Notes under the pieces: model-generated
Told to the model about the DNA's origin: nothing
Seen by the model: only the letters and a program-made list of their open reading frames with translations
Database searches by the model: none
Made by a program: the position numbers and the translations under genes
Part shown: positions 25,721-40,900 of the stretch, in pieces
Layout of the letters: each line of letters starts with the position of its first letter
Numbering within the stretch: position 1 is the stretch's first letter
From: a virus
Lineage: Duplodnaviria; Caudoviricetes
Length of the DNA stretch: 64,000 bases
IMG/VR virus record: IMGVR_UViG_3300025678_000005
Direction: 5' to 3' (one strand)

Positions 25721-28700
25721 CTATTGTTTTCAACTATTTGGTTTTAATTCTTCTCTTACATTATCTGCATTTGTTATATTAGATTTTGGTACACCAAATA
25801 AATAATTAGAATAATCTACTAATAATTTATATATATTTTTATCAAATGTTGGAACAGATCCTACCATTAAATAATTATTATAAAACATACTATTAATACT
25901 ATTAATATTATAATTATTATTAAATAAAGATTGTTGTACTACATATAATCCTCTATAATCATCAACTGTGAGTAACGTAAATGCAAATAAACTAGATACA
26001 TTCATTAATTTAGTATTGTATTTAAACATATTAAAATTAATTTGTGATACACTACTTCCAGTAAATGGTTCTCCAATATAATGTAAATTATTAAATTTTG
26101 TATTAGAAAACATTTTTGAAATGTTCTTTAAATTAGGAAGACCATCAAATAAATCAGCATTAATATCTACTCCAGTATATATTTCAATTTCACTAAATAA
26201 AGATGGAAGATTTTCTATTGCAATATTATATCGCAATAAATCTGGAGGAAACATAATTCCTCTTTGCATATTACCATTACTATCTATAATATCAGCATTT
26301 AATCCAACATAAGCATCAAATGTTGTATTTTTAAAAGTAGAGTCAAAAGTTTTATTATCAACTAAATCTTCTAGCAACCTTGCTGGTATTCTACCTGTAA
26401 GACCATTTATTTCGTTTGTTTCAGTAATAATATCTCTACCATATTCGTCTGTTGTAATTATCTTTCTCTTTCAAGTTAAATTATTTAACACATTGATTAA
26501 AGTAGCATCAGAAGAACAATATCTAAATAAATCTGTTGGAATCATGTAATTTTGATATGCAGTTTTATATCTTGTAATATCACTTTGATTTAATACTGCC
26601 TTTTGTAAAGAATCATAATAAAAATAATCTGGAGTTAGTCTTTCTATTACATCTTGTAAATCAGTACCATCATTTAAAACAGGTTCATTAGAATGTGCTC
26701 CTTCTCATCCATATCCATCTAAGTATCAATCATCAAATGCATATTCACCTGGATTATATCTAATATTTTTAACATATAAATCTGGTACAATGTATCTTAT
26801 ATATTGATCATTTTCTTTAACATATACTTCTTCATTCGAGTATCCATTATAATTATATGGAGTATATCCATCTATACTATATTTATAAAATTGTATATTG
26901 CTTATATCGTATAATACATATGTTCCATTATTTAAAATATATTTTTCTGTAATATCATAATTAGTTGCCGTAAGTGGAATATATTGGTTTTCATCTCTAT
27001 TATAATTATATGATTTTTTTAAGTTAGTAACATCTAATTTAAAAAATACTTTATTTCCTGGGCTATCAATTATTCCATCGCTTCATGTAGTTTTTCTTCC
27101 ATAAATTTGTCTTCCAATAGCTACACTTCTAGTAATATCATATCCAAGACACCAACAGCCAGAAAATATATTATCCATTGTTTTTATAGTTCTTTGCAAT
27201 TTATTGTTATTAACCATAAAGAATAGCCTATATGGTATAACATCATATAATCCAGAATTAGAAAACATACCAGAAACATCTTCCAATTTACAATTTTTAA
27301 ATCCTTCTCCAACTAATTTAATTTTTAATTGATTACATCCATAAAATAAATTTTTAGTTATTTTTAAATTGACACAATCATCAAACATACCTTTTGTAAC
27401 ACCATCATCAATATATGTTGCTGGAAAAACATAAGAATTTCCACCATTTGTTAAATTTAATCCACTAAAGAACGATTCAATACTAATTAGATTTATACAT
27501 CCTTTAAATATATCAGCAGGTATAATTCCAGAATCTTCTTCATGCACTTTTAACCCACGAAATATACCAATAGCTTGTCTAATAGATGTATTTATATTCT
27601 TAAATAAACTTCCCATTTCAGAAATTCTAATCTTTGCATTATTAGATGCTCCAGTATCGAAAGGAGATTTAATAGATGTAAAAACTGGAATATAGTAAGT
27701 TTTATTATCTTTTACTATAACATTATTAATTCCTCCAAATACATTATTTTTTATTTCGCCAATTAAATTTATACCATTATAAAGAGTATTATCAATAACT
27801 GCATCAGAAATATTTTTTGAAGTATGAAATAATAAAGTATTATTATCATAAGATATAATATCCATATTAATATGAATACACCCAGCAAAAACATTGGATG
27901 GATATATTGTATTTAGATTTATCAAATCAACAAAGAATGTTTCAGAATTTAGATTTCCTTCTTCTGGAGCACCATTTACTAAATTTCTAGTATCTACACA
28001 ACTTTTTAATGAAGTACATCCTCTAAACATATTATCTATATTAACCAGACTTGGAAATACAGTCTTTGTTCCATCATAATATGAACTAAATACTTTATTA
28101 TCAATTCATTCAATTTTTGTTCCAGAAAATGCTGATTCTGCATTCATTAAATTTGGAACAAAATCTAATATTCCCCAAGTAAAATCATTATTTTTATCAT
28201 AATCATTAGATCTTGAGTAAAAAATTCCAGATAATCCTGTATTACTAAATGCTTCTTTTATAACATTAATTCTTCTACAATTTCTAAATAAATCATATTG
28301 TATATTACCATTTATATTTCAACAATTTCTAAACATTCCTTCAATTGAAGTAATATTTTGATGTAATCTTAACTTTATATAATTAAAATCATCATACGAT
28401 AAACTGCCACAATCACCAAACATTTCTAATAAATTAGATAATCCATCATCAAATTTAATATTAGTTCCATTTGCATCAGTAATAAAATTTGTACCATATA
28501 TTTGATAAGTAGTCAATTCATTTAATATAAATTGTGAACAATTCTTAAATACAGCATAACCAGTTATATTAAAATTACCAATAACTCTTCTTAAAGAAGT
28601 ACAATTATAAAATGAATTATACTCTAAATTTATATAATGATTAGGTATATTACTACATTTTACTTTAGTTAAATTTCTACAATTAGAACAATTTATCCTT

Positions 28701-31700
28701 GATAAATTAGTGAAATAAGACAATTCTAAATAATTGTATTGTTGATCACCATATGTAAAACTTGAAATAGTTGTATTTGAAATGTCTATATCTCTTAAAC
28801 TTGTAAATACAGGATTATTATTTCCATCAAAAAGTACTGGAAGAGTTAATTTAGATATTTTAGTTCCTGATATATTTAATGTTTCCAGGTTAATTGCTCC
28901 TATTAAATTAACTACTAACCCTGGATTATTTTGATTAGCAATATTAAATTCCTTTAATGATGGACAATTATCTATATTAATTTCTATTAGAGGAGATATA
29001 CTATTATCAATAGAAGTATATGGTATTCTAATACTATTTAAAGAATTACAACTAATAATTTCTACTGTCTTTACATTATTTGGTATATTTAAACTTAATA
29101 ATGAATTACAATTTATAATTTTTACATTAGTCAAATTAGCACATCCTGTTATATCAAGATTTTCTAAAAAGGCTTGATTATTTAGCTCTAATGTTGTTAT
29201 ATTTGTATTAGAAAGATTAAAAGTCTTTAAAGATGCATTATCATTTAATATAACATTAGTTATTCCAGAATTAGAAATATCCAAGTAGTATAAATGATCA
29301 CACTCACTAACATCTAAAGTATATACAGCATTGTTAGCAAAATGTACATTATGCAAAATTAATTTTTCAATATTTTTTAATCCAGCATTAGTTTCTTTAT
29401 CATAAACACCATATGCAAGAAAATCATTTGCTGGTATATTACTTAAATTAGATAGATCTAGTTCTTTTAATAAAGGCAAGTCTATATTTGTCAGTGCAGT
29501 TCAAAAATAATCTTTAAAATGTATAAATTGAGTAATATAATTATTTGCATAAATATCAACAATTGTTTCTCCACCAGTTACAGGAACTACTGCATCAGTG
29601 CTGTTTTCATCCAATCAAAAACTTCCACTTGTTTTGTCATAAGATCATCTATATAACATCTTTGATATTGTAGACATGGTAACAGTTAATAATGGTTGTG
29701 ATTGAGAGCCAACAGCTTTATTTTTATTTCATTTTTGATTTACAGGACTTTTTATTGTATCTCTTAAATAATTTTTCCCCTTAGAATATCCATATACTCC
29801 ATCCAAGAAAAATATCCTTTTTTTAAATCAATCTTTCACACTAATAACTCTATTTCCATGTAAAAATTTTAATTGTGTAAAATCTGTACTGTCAATATAA
29901 GCATTTGTTACACTATCATATGTTTGTGCTATTTTTAGGTATTTTACTTTATAATCGTAATTAAACAAAATAGCTCCAGTCTGGTCTGTATAAGCTTCAT
30001 AATAATCTTTAATAAATTTTTCTGGATCAGAAAATAAATTTAATCTTAAATCTGCATATTTATTTTCTAATATCATTCTATCAGATATATTACCACTATC
30101 TTTTAAAGGCAAGTTTTCTAATACTTCTCATATACGATTTCAATTAGAAGCAAAATATTGTCTTATATTTTCATTTGAAGAATAATTTAATTCGCTTGTA
30201 AATGTAGTCACACCTGTATCATTAGCTGGAACATTATATCATCTATGTAAGTGTGCTCAATAGGCAACAATATCTTGTCCAGCATTATTCAATTTGAATG
30301 CTGTATCCATATCATAAAATGTAGTATATCAGATATTTCCACCCCAACTTCTAAGAGTTAAGTTCTTACACATAGAATCCACCATACCAAATATCATTGC
30401 TATCATAAAATAACCAACTGCATTATTTCAATTCATTCTAGAATCAAAAGCAGAAAAATTATAATATGCAGAATTATATTCATATGTTTCTCCAGGAATT
30501 GGCTTAGTAGGCGTTTGTCCTAAATCATCCATAGTATATCTTTGTGTACTTTTTAATGGCATTCTAGCCAATTGATAATACAACTTTTGTACTGCTTGAT
30601 AAGCACTGTCTTTGTCTTTGCTTGTATATGGAACATCAAGCATAAATTTAATGATTGCCATATCATCTTGCTGAAAAGCTCCCTGTGCAGAATTATTTTG
30701 ATTTACTTCTAATGAATAAGTTCCAGTTGTTGATGTATTTCAATAATCTTCTATTTCAATATAATCTGAAATTAATGTTGGGCCACCACCTTCAGTTACT
30801 TTTGTAAAATCAGTTAATATTTTTAATCCCAAATTAAATAGTGCATATCTTCCAAGATTAAAATTATAAATGCCCATAAATCTAGTTTCTGCAATATCAT
30901 TTTCTGATTCTGGTGCAAATTTAATAAATAATAAACAAGGAAAACCATCTGAAGTGTGTTTAATTTTACTTACAATTTCCTCATATTTTTCAGTAGACGG
31001 AAATAAACTTGCTGGCAATTTCATTGGCGGAGTAGGTTCTAGTGGCATTACTTGTACTCCATTTGCATTTTTTACTTCTCCATTAACAATTTTACCTATT
31101 ACAACATTATTAACATGTGCAGAATCCATCACGTCTGCTTTAAGTGTAAATTCATTTTCTGGTAATCATTCTGGTATTGGCATGAACAATTGTTTTTTAC
31201 CAGTTTCATCCATATCCCCTAAATATAATTCATAGTTTTTTGCATTATAAGATAAAGAAGATGTTCCTTGTAATCCAATTCTTACACCATTACTTGCTCC
31301 TACATTTGATGGTGTTTTAATTAAAACACTCCCCAATTTATTTTGAAATCTAATGGTGCATGGAAAAGTAGCATTCATAATTTTATCCTTCTCTTCTGCT
31401 GTAAAAATTGCTGTAGAATATGCCTTAAAATCTGTTCTATTTATACTAGTCTCTTCAATCATAACAATTGGATATGGAGTATTTACTTCTATTTGTGAAA
31501 CCAATTTATCATATAATTCCTGACCATCATAAAAAGCTTGTTTTGTTTTGTTTCAAACAAAACAATCACCAGAAGAATCAAACAAATTCTTTGTTCTTAA
31601 TTCATTATCAAGTGATTCAGAGACATAACCATTAATTAAAAGTGCCTGTTCTCTCGCAGAAATATAATTTTTTACAATAGAATATTCTGATTGAGAGGAA

Positions 31701-33646
31701 GTATATAATTTTATATCATATATAATAATATTTGAAAAATCACTCAATATTCCATTATTATTTTTACATCCAAAAAATAAATTTTGTCCAAACATCCAAT
31801 CTATATCAGATTGTGCAACTCTAGTAACAGCAGATAAAACGCCATTAATATATATTTTGAAATATCATGCTTCTTTGCCTGGCTGTTTATTAATTAAAGA
31901 CACATCAATATCAATAGTTAACAACTCATCCTCTGGAAGATCTACAGATATACTGCCTGCAGCACCAATCTTAACAGTTGCTTTTGTTGTAGTAATTTCT
32001 ATTCCAGAATCTAAAGAGTCATCTTTATATCTAGCTATATTCATTACAGTGCCACCACTTCCTTTAAAAGTACAAGATATATTAAAACCAAAAGTAGTTG
32101 AAAAAAATCCAAAATTATTAATATCATAATTAGGAAACATTTGATTAGCTACATCTATATAAGCATATGAACCATTTTTTAATACAATACCTGGCGTTTT
32201 TTCTCCATCAGTATCATTAATAAATCCAGTAGATATTCCATTTGTCTTTTTTAAATATAAATCTACACTACCATCAAATTGACTGGCAAAAGATCCTTCA
32301 TATGCAAATATTCCTGTATTTGATATTGGATACTTTCAACTAGTATTACTTGACTGTGGAAAACCAGTTACCTTTGAATAATATGCCAATAAATTTTTAT
32401 TAGTGTTATCGGCATACAAATCAATTTTTACTGCTTCTGTTATTTTTGCATAAACTTGCTTTGTATATTGTGCTGTTGAATCATCTGGACTAGATATAGC
32501 ATAGGCATATAATTCTATAAGTAAATTATTATTTACATCAAAAGATACCGTGCTTATTGAAAAAGTATTATTTGTTCCCTTATTAATATTTGATATAGTT
32601 CCAGACAATAATGAATTTCCTATTTTTTCACCATTTTCTTCTAAATATATATTATATATTATATTAAAAGTAGTATATTTTGTTGGAGCGTAACTCAAAT
32701 AATAAGTAAAACTTAATTGAGATCCCTTTGATGTTTCAGTTAAACTGGTATAATCTTCTGATATTCCATCTGTAACAATAATTAATGAATTTGAGTCTGC
32801 AATAGTAATACTAAATGTTAAAATATTTGATTTTAATTCAGTTCCATTTAATATTGTGCTTGCATATGCAGTAAAATTAAATTTTTGTCCAGTACGTATA
32901 TTAGAAAAAAATATGTTTCCTAATAATATATCTTTTAAATCATATCTTAATGATTTCTGTTGTGTGGTTATATTTGATTGTTCATCTATTACAATATTAT
33001 TTACTGAAAATTTAAAATAAGTTACTGCTCCCGTAATATTATTTGTTATATCTATTACAAGAGGTATTTGTGAAGTAGATCCTATAATAATTGTTTTTGG
33101 TATATTGCTTTGTGTTTCAATTCTTATAGCTCCATATATTACATGCAAATATTGTGGCACCGCATAATTAGATAGTGAATCATAAGCAGTAATTTCATAA
33201 TCAGTATTCTCTGTAATACCAGATAATGTTATTTGTATTCAAGATAAAGAATATTTTTTCTCTGTATATATAATTTTTCCAGTAACTGTATTTTTAATAA
33301 CTATAGTAAATGGTTTTGAAATGGTTCCATTATTAATTAATAAATTAAATTTTACAGTTGAAGAAGAGGTATAAACAGTATTACCACCATCAATTTGAAT
33401 GGTAATATTGCCAGATTCTCCTCCTCCACCTCCAGTTCCACCATGCGCACCATTTATATATATTCAAGCTAAATTATTTTCTAGTTTTTGAATTTTATTA
33501 TATAATTTAGTAAATCCTTGACTAATAGATATAGAATTGCCTTCATTACTTAAAAAGGCTGGATTAGATAATTCTAAATCTACAGCATTAGAAGCACCAT
33601 CAATAATTCATTTCTGTAATATTTCATCAAAATGTTTTATTTTCAT
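25721..33646 (-). CDS. Giant (~2641 aa) protein: beta-rich N-terminus, CotH-like kinase domain, LRR/BspA-like repeats; code 4
   Basis: Ten listed ORFs, those checked all in one frame from ATG 33646 to TAG 25721. LQGTSSLSYNAKNY, FTLKADVMDSAHVNN, DGFPCLLF, FMGIYNFNLG, VDSMCKN, FYDMDTA; then LxxLdLs and MFxxC repeats. Confidence 0.75.
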
Positions 33647-36600
33647 TACTGTAATTTTTCTACTATTATATTATTATTTGGATTGGACGATCCATTTGAT
33701 TTTATTTTTGTTAATTGATTGACTGAAATAGGAACATTGTATTTATATGTTCAAGAAACAGATGGTTGTCCATTTAAAATTATCTTATAAACTTGTCCTA
33801 GTATTCTTTGTCTTGTATTTGTTGTTCCAGTTTCAGTTTCATTTCCATTTCCTATACTTCACATAATATAGTGTGGATTTTTTTGTGCAGAATTTACTGT
33901 AACTGTTACTGTATTTGTAAGAGGATCATAAGTTTCATTTGATACAGGATAATAGTTTTGTAATCAAGGAATATTTTTTGCTGGAAGTTCCTTATTTGAT
34001 ACTAATTTATATCCAGTTGCCTGATTCATTACATATTTTACATAATGTTGTGTGTTATCATTGCTTAATTGTACACACATTTTTCCTCTGTCTGAAAGAT
34101 TATTATATCAAGTAGGATAGATATTGTTAACAGGGTCATATGTTGGATCATATACAATAGGCTCCATGGTTGCATCTGGATTATCTCTTAATAATCTAGT
34201 TTCAGCATAAGTATGTTTATGTCCGCATAAACACATATCAAATAAGTTGTCTTCTAAAAATTTAGAAAATCAATAATTCCCTACTGTATTTAAATGAGAT
34301 CCACCTCTTTTAATTCCTGAATTTCTTTGTAAAATGCCTTGTGTATCTGGTTTTACATATGAATATATCAAATCTGCAGTTATAATACTAAAAGGAGATT
34401 CATGACAAAAAGCTATCTTTCAGTTAATGGTTGAATCTAAATAACTTAAATCATTATCACATCAATTTTTTATTGTATTTGTATATATATTAAATCCAGT
34501 AGCATCATTAAATATATCTTTTCTAGCTGTTTCTGTAATTTCAGAATTCATGCTTAGATAATAAGTATTACCATATATAAAACTATATAAAGAGGGAATA
34601 TAAATGCCTTCTGCTGTTTGTGGAATAGCATATGGATGTTCAAAAGTATAAAAATATTCTACATTTTTTGGATTTACTTTGCTAATATCATTTCCAACAC
34701 CTAAAGTATATACATCTAATGGACATAAATCATTATTTCCAACAGTAAACATATATTCATAATCTTTAAATAAAACATTGGCAGCATTAAAATGATCCAA
34801 TCATTCATTTATTCTATTTCCATTTTGAGTAGCATCTCCTGTATGTAATACCCAATCAAAAGTTTCATTATTTTTTATATATTCACACGGGAGTCTAAAA
34901 GTTTCATATTCTTCTGCATTAAATCCCTGTGGATCAGTTATATGTGCAACATTATATCCATTTTCTATTACCACATTTCTATTTCTTAACGTAAAAGATC
35001 TTTCTTCAGACCAAAATCCTTCTCTTCCTACTTTATATTTATATGTTTTACTTGTTGTGGGTTCTGGAAAATCTTTAATAAATTTATGTGTTGTAAAAGC
35101 AGTACCATCTGTTGTAATGGATCTTATTCTATTATAAATAGGACTATTTCAATTTTTATTGGATGTCCTTCCATCTCCAGATTTAAATGATTCAAACTTA
35201 TTGACCTCCGTATAATTTCCATTATCATCAGCAAATCAAATATATTCATCATAATATCCTTTAGATACTCAAGTAAAACATCTTGTAGTATGTGCATTAT
35301 ATCCAAAAGAACAAGTAATTATATTTACTCCTTCTTTTAAAAGAGTTTTATTATAAAATAAGTTCTTTTCTTTTGTTGGTGTATATTTTGTAAAGTCTAT
35401 TTTTGGATTTAATTGTCCTATATTAATGTAGGTAAAATCAGCAGAATTATCTCTAGCAGTAGCAGCTTTTATTGCTTGACTTACAAAATCCATAGTATAA
35501 TATCTTAAAATAAGTATATTCCTGCCTTTTACTGGAAATGGAGACTTTTCTGCTGGCATATTTATATTAGATATTTTACCTATACCAAGCAGATCAACAT
35601 AATAATGTGCAAACCCATCTGTGCTTCAGGGTGCAGTTGTATTAAGCATATTTTCTTGAAAATATCCATCAGTTTCTTCTCCAGATAAATAAAAAGAACA
35701 ATTGTCAGCAAATCTTATTAATCCATTCTCATCTCAGATATTATAATCTGGATCAGTTGTTTTAAACACATCTGGATGATAAGTTTGTTCTTTTGTTCAT
35801 TCCATGTCATAATTTAATACTTTAATATAAGTTGTATTTACATCCATAAATGAACATTGTGCCCCCCTAATAGTAAAAGTACCTTTTGATTTAATTACTC
35901 CTTTTAAAGGCAATGTAATCCATTGTCCTGATGTACTTTCTGTATAATGTAAATATAGTCCTTTTAGATTTAAATCCACATTAGTTAGATTTGATATTAC
36001 TATAAAATTATGTGAACATGGATTATAGTCTTTTGATGTTCCAGAACCACCAGCATACACTGTATCAATATAAATCATTGGAGATCCAGAATTTCCAGTT
36101 AAATCACTTAAAACAGGAAAATATGGTAATGTATAATATGTATTTTTTGATAATATTTGTGAATTACCAGCCAAAGTTTTTTTATCCAATCTATAATCAT
36201 ATAGATCCAATTTACCATTTTTTACACTTAATCTATAAGTATTTTCTAAGTTGCTCATATCTCCAAATTCTATTCCTACTATCTTTGTAGTAGCATTATT
36301 ACCTGAGCCTACTAGTTGTGTTAATATTTGTTCCATTGTTTCATCAGTTGGTGGTTCTTCTGTTCCATTTGAAGAACCTATTTGTATTAAATTATTTGTT
36401 TTTGGATCTTTAATTCATAATTGTTGTTTATCATAACATCATAATAATTCTTTTGGTAAAAAATTATTTTTATTGGCCATCATCTCTGCATATGTTCCAC
36501 TTTTTATACAAAGATGTGTTCCATTTGGTATTAAATCTTTATACTCTACAGGCTCTTCTTCAGTAACTATATTTTCTAATAATGTATCTAAATCTTCATC

Positions 36601-37230
36601 AGTATTTGATCCAAAATCAGGTTCTTCTGTAGTATGTCCAGTATATTCACTATAATGATTATTATTAAAATCACCAAAATCCATTTGATTACTAAAAGCT
36701 CATTCCAATCTATTTACTTTTTCTTGTAATATGGATATAACTTGTAGCAATTCCGTTATTATTGCATTCTCTGAACTAAAGGTATGATTATCTGATGTAT
36801 CTATTCATATTCCTGTAGAGTCTTCTGGTGGTGTAGATTGAATATATATTTTTGTAAAAGATTTTCAAATTTCTCCATCAAAATATCTTAAATCATTTAC
36901 TTCTTTAACAAAAACCAATTGTCCTGGAATTTTATAATCATCATTAGCTAAATCATTTAATAGGTTAACTTGTATAATTGTAGCTCCACCACCAGATCCA
37001 CTTATATTAAAAAGTTCTCAAGTTCCATTTGTATATTTATATATTTTATTGGTTTCAGATACATAAGCACACATACCAGTTCTTACTTTATTTGTATTTA
37101 ATAAAGCAGTTAATTGTGTAATAGTGTCTAATTGTATATAACCACCAATAAGATCTCTAGTATCAGCAATTGGAAAAGAACCATTATTTTTAGGTTTTAA
37201 TTGGCTTATTAATTCTATATATTCATTCAT
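33646..37230 (-). CDS. Large (~1194 aa) protein with lamin-tail-like, FN3-like and purple-acid-phosphatase/metallophosphoesterase domains; code 4
   Basis: ITDPQG, HTGDATQNGNRINE[W], VGNND, FCHESPF, LCGHKHTY; SHNFIVISN...DLNLKGLYLHY (LTD-like). Stop overlaps the next ATG. Confidence 0.75.
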
Positions 37231-37668
37231 TTATTCTACAAATAAAGTATAAATTATTTCTAGAAAACTTAATGCATCAAGCTTAGAACCATTAATGTCT
37301 ATGTCATTTTCAGAATTAACATCTACTATTTGTGCATATTCATCTTCTGTAAATTTCTTATCAAATTTAACCTCTTCTTTTCCTTTCTCAATTAAGAATT
37401 GATTATATTCATCTGTTAATTTTTTATTTAATTCTTCTAATCTTTTCTTTTGTTTTTCTGTTGGTTTTTCTAAACTATTTAATTCTAAAAATTCTTCAGT
37501 TTGTAGTTGTTTTATCATTTCAATACAATCATTATCGAATTGATTTTTAATTTTATTCAATTCAATACGCATCATCATTATCTTTACTTTTAGATTTTTA
37601 TCAACATCATCTTTTATTAATATCTTATTAATAAAATTTTGTCTTATTAAAGCCTCATTTAATGTCAT
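37231..37668 (-). CDS. Hypothetical helical protein
   Basis: Intact ORF abutting both neighbours. Confidence 0.6.
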   Translation of the reverse strand: MTLNEALIRQNFINKILIKDDVDKNLKVKIMMMRIELNKIKNQFDNDCIEMIKQLQTEEFLELNSLEKPTEKQKKRLEELNKKLTDEYNQFLIEKGKEEVKFDKKFTEDEYAQIVDVNSENDIDINGSKLDALSFLEIIYTLFVE

Positions 37669-37669
37669 A

Positions 37670-37927
37670 TTATTCTATAAATTTAGTGTAATCATTTTTC
37701 ACTTCTTCTAGTACATCAAAAATATCTTGTAATATTTCATTATCTATCATTCCATCATTTACAGAATAAGATGTTGGATACATGCCAGAAACATTTATAT
37801 TATTATATGTAAAATAATAAGATATTGTATTTGGTGTAGTTGTGTTAGATAACTCAAAATTTACGTAAACATTAACATCATTTACTTGTAAATTTCCTGA
37901 AATTCTTTTAACTTCTGTTAAAGCCAT
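37670..37927 (-). CDS. Small protein downstream of the tail fibre (possible fibre chaperone)
   Basis: Intact ORF; function inferred from position only. Confidence 0.5.
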   Translation of the reverse strand: MALTEVKRISGNLQVNDVNVYVNFELSNTTTPNTISYYFTYNNINVSGMYPTSYSVNDGMIDNEILQDIFDVLEEVKNDYTKFIE

Positions 37928-37929
37928 AA

Positions 37930-40900
37930 TTAAATTTCCTCCATAATTAAATTTCCATTTTCTATACTAATATTATATGATTTATCAGTATTTTTATCTT
38001 TTAATGTAATATGATCTTTTAAATAATTTATTTGTTCTTGTTGTTCTTTAATTGCATTTGTAAGTAGTGCTACCATTTGGCTATATTTAACTCCATCAAC
38101 AATATCATCTTGATATAGAACAAGTTTATCATCAATCTCTTCAACTTCTTCTGCTATAAAACCAAAATCTTCTTTGTTATCACTTTTTCATTTAAATTGT
38201 CTTGGTTTTAATTTTAATACAGCATTCAATCCTAAATTAAAATCAATTATATCATATTTATATTTTTGACTTGAAGAGTATCTAACTAATTTATATACAC
38301 CAGAATCTGATGTAGCATATACAGCTGTTCCAGTACCTGTTGTTGGGAGTCCTAATTTAAGGTCTCCTGGTATTTTAACTGTATTAGTAAAATTACTGTT
38401 TACATTTGTAATTGTTAGACCAGAACTACAATCATTAGTAAATGAAAATCCACAAATTTCATTTAATGTTTCATCAACATAAGAAGAACTATAATATACA
38501 TATATAGTACTAGCATCATAAATTGAAACAACTCTAATCAAAATATTAAAATTTGAACTTTCAATATCCTGCCTCATATTTGATCATTGTAAATATGTAG
38601 TATATAGTGTTGAGCTTGCAGGAAAAGAAATTGGGCCACTGTTAGATAATTCGTTAATGTGACCATTTTTATCAATATATCCAAAAAAAATTGTCGCAAC
38701 ATTTAATATGCTAGATGATATATTAATAGTAATGCGTAAGTTTGTAATGCTTGATCCAGATCATAAATTAAATGAAAATCCATTAAAGACTAATCAATCT
38801 GATTCTTGATTTTCACTCAATGTAACAGAATTATTATCTCAATTTGGCCCATTATCATAATCAATATTTGAATAACTAATAGTACCTGTATTATTTGTTG
38901 ATCTTGTTTTTGTTCCAATTGATGTTAATTTTACAATTGCATTATTTGTTGAAGGATTGTGTACATGGAATTTAGTATTACTATTAATATTGGCAATCCC
39001 TATTCCAACATTACCACCACCAGTTGTCATATAAACATTAGAATCAGAAAAATGATTTAAATAAATATTTCCAGCAGTATCACCAGATGCTTTATAAGAA
39101 TCAATATGAAAATTTCCACCATCAGATCCAGAAGTATTGGTTCTTGCCAACACACCAATTCCTCCAGTTGTATTTGTTATTATAATATCTCCATTAACAT
39201 TGGACGTTCCATCAAATAATTGTCCTCAAAGAGTTCGAGTGGTCTGTAACTTTGTTGCAGACGCTACATTATCAGTTACTAGTGCCAACTTTACTCAATC
39301 AGTTGCTGTACCACTAACTCTTTTCCTTGTAAAAATATCATTTGAATAAAAATCAAAAGCCAATGCTCTATTATAATATGTATCTCCATTACCGTGATTT
39401 AATTTAATAACTGACCATCAATTATTAGTTGGTACATTTCCATATGAATCTACTGTATTTGTTTGTAAAAATTGTACTTTATCGGTTATATTATTAGCAT
39501 TATTATAATTAATCAAATTAGCAGTTACAGATCCATTTGTATATCCACCTAAACTATAAGCATTTATATTATTTAAATTAGAATATAATATTCTTCATCC
39601 TGGAGAATAATCTACTCCATTATTTTGATATATTAATGTACTGTTTATTATACCATTAGATACTCCTGTAGTTGATGGTGTGTGTATAACTATAGTATAA
39701 TAACTGGAACTTCCAAATGTTTCTACTGTACATCCAGCTAAATGTAAATTTCCAAATCCAGTATCTGTAATATAATTATTTGCAGCATAAGTTCATTTTC
39801 CTCTGGCAATTCAATGTGGTTGATTGAATGCTCCTAACGAAGTTAACATTGATACAAAAGCAGCAGTAGTTATTCCAGTTTGAGATCCACCAAAAGAATA
39901 TGAATCAGAAAATGCTCTAGCAAATCCATTTGATTGTATTCCATCTAAATATTGAGAATTTAAATTAGTCACAAGAGCATTAGATGATAAAATAAATGGA
40001 GGATTGCTTCCATTAACAAACGTAGATACTATTTGTCCAGATGCTGATAATGTTCCTATACCAGCTAAATTTAATGTACCACTAGATCTATTTATATTAA
40101 CAGCAGTAGTTCCTATATACATAACTTGATTTATAGCGGCAATACCAGCAGCAGATAAACTGTTATTTACTCAATTAGTACCACTTCATTTTAATATATC
40201 ATTATCAGTAAGTGTTGAAATACTAACATTAGATAAAGAATTTAAAGAATGATTATGTGACGATAAAGCATAACTACTACTATCTAATGATCATGAATTA
40301 GTTGCTGTTTTTTTAAGAAATCCAACAGAACTATCTGATAGAGCAGCAATAGCATTTAAATCACCATCCAAAGGTTGATATACTCCAGCATGATCATGTG
40401 TTAAAGATGCTATTCCAGCCTCTGATAATGTATTATTCACTCATTTAGAGCCATCTCATTTGAGAATTTCACCAATAGTGTTAGAATCAATTGTAACATT
40501 GGATAATGAATCCAATATATGATTATGTGTTGAAGTAGCAAAACTTGATGAATGATAACCATCCAATAGATCGGCATTTAAATTAGCAACTAATGTTGTA
40601 GAAGTAACTGATAATGGTGCAGTACCTGTTGTTGCTGTAGATATTAATTGGAACCCTTGAATAGCTCCACTTGCTGTAATATCAGTTACAGAAGTTAATG
40701 CTCCTGATACATTAGCGGTACCATTAAAACTTTGTCCCCAAATAGTTCTTGCTGTTTGAAGTTTGGTTGCACTACTCGCATTCCCACTTAAAGCTCCATA
40801 AAATGTATTTGCATATATATTTATTAAACTAGTTCCTCCGCCATAAAAACCATATTCTGTAAAGTTTCCTCCGTCGTTATAATTTACATATAATCTACCA

